Source: Naegleria gruberi (lineage: Eukaryota). From it: 3,474 bases of DNA. The notes beneath the pieces were generated by a model that was not told the DNA's origin, made no database searches, and saw only the letters and a list, made by a program, of their open reading frames with translations. The stretch lies in assembly GCA_000004985.1 (NCBI GenBank), contig GG739223.1. One strand, given 5' to 3'. Below, piece after piece: positions 1 to 3,474 of this stretch (the first letter of the stretch is position 1; the number at the start of each line of letters is the position of its first letter). The position numbers and the translations under genes were made by a program.

Positions 1-323
1 TCAACGATTTATTGATTAAGTTCCACCACCATTATGTTTCTCATACATTGTAGTACAGTTTATATTTCAAGAGTGATTTCTGTGTAGATTATTATAAATC
101 GTAATACTATTCAATACCATTAAAACTCAATAGAAGTCAATTCTTCTCATTTTCAAATAGATTATTCAATATAGAAACACATCTAGATAGTTTCCATATC
201 ATAAAAGTCAAGCTACTATATATGGTCTTTGATTAAATTTAAAAATAGACTGCCGTTGATTACTGGAATATTAATTCAAAGCTTGATGATCAAGTTATTG
301 ATTGAAAATCAAACCGATTATTG

Positions 324-358
324 AATATTGATTATTGAATTGGTGAATAATCAATATT
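324..358. repeat. Perfect 13-bp inverted repeat (aatattgattatt at 324-336, aataatcaatatt at 346-358) with a 9-nt spacer gaattggtg. Present in copy A only.
   Basis: The reverse complement of 346-358 equals 324-336. The corresponding region of copy B (about 2159-2196) is degraded by several substitutions. Confidence 0.7.
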
Positions 359-411
359 GATAATGTTACTTATTCATATTGCAAATCAACCAGATTCAAT
401 CTACAAAGGTT

Positions 412-442
412 GGTAGTTGCACCACTACGTGGCGAAACTACC
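412..442. repeat. Locally GC-rich imperfect hairpin in copy A. The outer stem is ggtagtt/aactacc (7 bp), the inner stem is ccac/gtgg, and the loop is tac.
   Basis: ggtagtt (412-418) is the reverse complement of aactacc (436-442). ccac (422-425) is the reverse complement of gtgg (429-432). An identical 50-bp block, 393-442, matches 2232-2281. Confidence 0.6.
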
Positions 443-895
443 ATTCCACGATCAATCAACATAAGAATCACTTCCATTCAACTCAATTTGACCGTTATAA
501 TCAATAAATCAATGAAATGTTCCTTTATTAGCAATACCTATTCAATCTAATCAGTAGATTCACGTCCCAAACATTTGACTTCTAAAAGTCCATAATTCAA
601 AAGTTAGTACTGACCTGACCTTTAAATATCTATCAATACAAGAAATGAAACCATCAAATTTACATCATTTATAGATGATAAGAAATATAATCAATGATAT
701 AAATCTTCACTAATTAATATATTAAATAACCCAAATAAATCAACTCTGAATCCTAACCAAACCTCTATGTTAGCGAAAGTACATCCAACCATCATGTAAC
801 TTTACCAGATACGTTTAATCACACTGATATACATCTGGAATCAATTTTAATGTTTTATAATTGAATTCAGTATGATAATAATATCAATCTGTCAA

Positions 896-2049
896 NNNNN
901 NNNNNNNNNNNNNNNNNNNNNNNNNNNNNNNNNNNNNNNNNNNNNNNNNNNNNNNNNNNNNNNNNNNNNNNNNNNNNNNNNNNNNNNNNNNNNNNNNNNN
1001 NNNNNNNNNNNNNNNNNNNNNNNNNNNNNNNNNNNNNNNNNNNNNNNNNNNNNNNNNNNNNNNNNNNNNNNNNNNNNNNNNNNNNNNNNNNNNNNNNNNN
1101 NNNNNNNNNNNNNNNNNNNNNNNNNNNNNNNNNNNNNNNNNNNNNNNNNNNNNNNNNNNNNNNNNNNNNNNNNNNNNNNNNNNNNNNNNNNNNNNNNNNN
1201 NNNNNNNNNNNNNNNNNNNNNNNNNNNNNNNNNNNNNNNNNNNNNNNNNNNNNNNNNNNNNNNNNNNNNNNNNNNNNNNNNNNNNNNNNNNNNNNNNNNN
1301 NNNNNNNNNNNNNNNNNNNNNNNNNNNNNNNNNNNNNNNNNNNNNNNNNNNNNNNNNNNNNNNNNNNNNNNNNNNNNNNNNNNNNNNNNNNNNNNNNNNN
1401 NNNNNNNNNNNNNNNNNNNNNNNNNNNNNNNNNNNNNNNNNNNNNNNNNNNNNNNNNNNNNNNNNNNNNNNNNNNNNNNNNNNNNNNNNNNNNNNNNNNN
1501 NNNNNNNNNNNNNNNNNNNNNNNNNNNNNNNNNNNNNNNNNNNNNNNNNNNNNNNNNNNNNNNNNNNNNNNNNNNNNNNNNNNNNNNNNNNNNNNNNNNN
1601 NNNNNNNNNNNNNNNNNNNNNNNNNNNNNNNNNNNNNNNNNNNNNNNNNNNNNNNNNNNNNNNNNNNNNNNNNNNNNNNNNNNNNNNNNNNNNNNNNNNN
1701 NNNNNNNNNNNNNNNNNNNNNNNNNNNNNNNNNNNNNNNNNNNNNNNNNNNNNNNNNNNNNNNNNNNNNNNNNNNNNNNNNNNNNNNNNNNNNNNNNNNN
1801 NNNNNNNNNNNNNNNNNNNNNNNNNNNNNNNNNNNNNNNNNNNNNNNNNNNNNNNNNNNNNNNNNNNNNNNNNNNNNNNNNNNNNNNNNNNNNNNNNNNN
1901 NNNNNNNNNNNNNNNNNNNNNNNNNNNNNNNNNNNNNNNNNNNNNNNNNNNNNNNNNNNNNNNNNNNNNNNNNNNNNNNNNNNNNNNNNNNNNNNNNNNN
2001 NNNNNNNNNNNNNNNNNNNNNNNNNNNNNNNNNNNNNNNNNNNNNNNNN
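896..2049. other. Assembly or scaffold gap, a run of 1,154 N. Its true length and content are unknown.
   Basis: Uninterrupted n characters from 896 to 2049. The ORF-track protein is poly-X across this span. Confidence 0.99.
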
Positions 2050-2250
2050 TACTATATATGGTCTTTGATTAAATTTAAAAATAGACTGCCGTTGATTACT
2101 GGAATATTAATTCAAAGCTTGATGATCATGCTATTGATTGAAATCAAACCGAATAATGAATATTGCTCATTGAATTGGTGAATAATCACTCTTGATAATG
2201 TTACTTATTCATATTGCATGCAAATCAACCTGATTCAATCTACAAAGGTT

Positions 2251-2281
2251 GGTAGTTGCACCACTACGTGGCGAAACTACC
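2251..2281. repeat. The same GC-rich imperfect hairpin in copy B.
   Basis: The sequence ggtagttgcaccactacgtggcgaaactacc is identical to 412-442. Confidence 0.6.
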
Positions 2282-2617
2282 CATCCACGATCAATCAACA
2301 TTAGATTCACTTCCATTCAACTCAATTTGACCGTTATAATCAATAAATCAATGAAATGTTACTTTATTAGCAATACATATTCAATCTAATGAGTAGATTC
2401 ACGTCCCAAACATTTGACTTGTAAAAGTCCATATTTCAAAAGTTGATACTGACCTGACCTTTATATATCTATCAATATAAGAAATGAAACCATCAAATTT
2501 ACATCATTAATAGATCATAAGAAATATAATCAATGATATGAATCTTCACTAAGTAATCTCTTAAATAACCCAAATAAATCAACTCTGAATCCTAACCAAA
2601 CCCAACTCCATTTTCAC

Positions 2618-2672
2618 TGAAATTGATATCATGATATGCAGACTCTCTAATTAGCCTATGATATCAATTTCA
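2618..2672. repeat. Inverted repeat with 15-bp perfect arms (tgaaattgatatcat at 2618-2632, atgatatcaatttca at 2658-2672) and a 25-bp spacer. It includes the 12-bp palindrome atatcatgatat (2626-2637).
   Basis: The reverse complement of 2658-2672 equals 2618-2632, read directly from the sequence. atatcatgatat is its own reverse complement. Confidence 0.85.
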
Positions 2673-2734
2673 TAAGTACTGGTTCAGTAGATGTCGAGAT
2701 GTCAACTCTATCACTATACTATAGAACTTTGACA

Positions 2735-2744
2735 TGATATCATA
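2735..2744. repeat. 10-bp palindrome atgatatcat. It is a third copy of the TGATATCA core (GATATC at 2736-2741).
   Basis: Self-reverse-complementary. GATATC is also present at 2625-2630 and 2660-2665. Confidence 0.8.
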
Positions 2745-3474
2745 GATTATGCTCCAACTCGCTCATTATACGTACAATCAATCTAGAATTGATACCAGAT
2801 AGAGTATACATCAATTAAGTATACTATATATAGTTTGGAAACAATTCGTATTACTTTCAATGAGTGAGTCAGTTAATGTTCAATGTCAATAGTGATTATA
2901 TCCAAGTGTACACTCTATCTCAGTGAAAGCATATCCAACCATCATGTAAGTTTACCAGATATGTTTAATCACACTATTGTATATATGGTATCAATTTTAG
3001 TCTGTTAGAATTGAATTCAGTATGATAATAATAACAATCTGTCAATTTGTCACATTTCAACATATAGAATATATACCATCTCAGTCAGTTTACAAAATAT
3101 AATACAAGTATCAAATATGAATACACTTCCCTTCATGAGGAGAACAATATGAGAAAGTTTCATATTCATGGCTCAATATGTTCAAGTCAACTAAGGAACA
3201 TCTAAGGTAATCAATGGGGAAGTATCTTAATTCCAAAATTAAATTTTACCATCATATCATAATCATTGAACAATGAATTATTTATGCAACAATAATATAT
3301 TCAATTGTCATATTCATGTCAGTAATCAGTGAAGGTGACACTTCTTCAGCCTTAGTATACACATCTCAATATGTAGACAGTCATTCCACTGAAACTTGAA
3401 ATATTACCTATCTAGATGATATAACGATGACTCTTCATAGTAACATGTATGTGAAATTGAATGTTGACACTTTT

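Larger units (their letters stand above)
214..895 (+). repeat. Direct repeat copy A, at least 682 bp. Its 3' end is truncated by the N gap. Homologous to 2050-2602 plus 2913-3045.
   Basis: Hand alignment. 214-293 is identical to 2050-2129. 294-763 aligns to 2130-2602 with roughly 38 substitutions and 3 small indels. 775-895 aligns to 2925-3045 at roughly 84%. Both copies are in the same orientation. Confidence 0.9.
2603..2912. repeat. Copy-B-specific segment. It is either an insertion in B or a deletion in A. Copy A has only the 11 bp tctatgttagc (764-774) at this position.
   Basis: The alignment breaks after the shared ccaaacc (A 757-763, B 2596-2602). It resumes around ctctat (A 765-770, B 2913-2918) and gaaag (A 775, B 2925). 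No clear target-site duplication or terminal inverted repeat is visible at the junctions. Confidence 0.75.
2050..3045 (+). repeat. Direct repeat copy B, 996 bp. Its 5' end abuts the N gap. It contains a ~310-bp segment that copy A lacks.
   Basis: Collinear with copy A: 2050-2602 matches 214-763 and 2925-3045 matches 775-895. Copy A ends at 895 (atctgtcaa) and the homologous position in B is 3045 (atctgtcaa). Confidence 0.9.

Noticed and set aside
412-442. Possible tRNA or small ncRNA gene at the GC-rich hairpin
   Set aside because: It has no cloverleaf structure, no T-loop (GTTCRA) or D-loop consensus, and no A-box or B-box spacing. Only a simple nested stem is present.
230-760. Over-representation of ATTGA/TCAAT/ATCAA words as a possible binding-site array
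   Set aside because: The spacing is irregular and the words are short. This is plausibly a compositional consequence of AT-rich, low-complexity sequence. I could not establish periodicity by eye.
872-2068. A 398-aa ORF on the + strand reported in the six-frame track
   Set aside because: It consists of 8 real residues (MIIISICQ), then poly-X from translating 1,154 N, then 6 residues. It is an artifact of the scaffold gap and not a gene.
214-3045. Calling the pair the LTRs of a retrotransposon
   Set aside because: Both outer boundaries of the repeat are unobservable. Copy A's 3' end and copy B's 5' end are cut by the gap, and the opposite ends have no partner to delimit them. TG...CA termini, a primer-binding site, a polypurine tract and target-site duplications therefore cannot be assessed. 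No internal coding sequence is visible.
3149-3205. A short ATG-initiated ORF of about 18 codons (atgagaaagtttcat...taa), followed by a GT-donor-like aaggtaatc
   Set aside because: It is far too short. There is no supporting codon bias and no extended reading frame, and stops are dense around it. A splice-donor resemblance on its own is uninformative in AT-rich DNA.
1-3474. A CRISPR array, operon or defence-system architecture
   Set aside because: There are no short regularly spaced direct repeats, no ORFs and no prokaryotic gene organisation. The only repeats are the two long diverged copies and small palindromes.

Overview
This 3,474-bp window is AT-rich (about 30% GC by eye) and has no supportable protein-coding or RNA gene on either strand. 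The single 398-aa ORF in the supplied track (872..2068) is an artifact of translating a 1,154-bp run of N (896-2049), which is a scaffold gap. The main real structure is a pair of same-orientation repeat copies flanking that gap. Copy A runs 214-895 and ends exactly at the gap. Copy B runs 2050-3045 and begins exactly at the gap. The two copies are about 90-93% identical by hand alignment. The first ~80 bp are 100% identical, and copy B carries a ~310-bp segment (2603-2912) that is absent from copy A. That B-only segment holds a cluster of palindromes built on a TGATATCA core (three GATATC sites within ~117 bp) and a 15-bp perfect inverted repeat. Both copies share an identical locally GC-rich imperfect hairpin (412-442 and 2251-2281). 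The sequence looks like eukaryotic intergenic, repetitive or satellite DNA, or possibly a false haplotypic duplication created at a contig join. I see no evidence of a defence system, operon or other protein-based system. The repeat boundaries are masked by the gap, so the element type (tandem satellite, LTR, or assembly artifact) cannot be resolved from this window alone.
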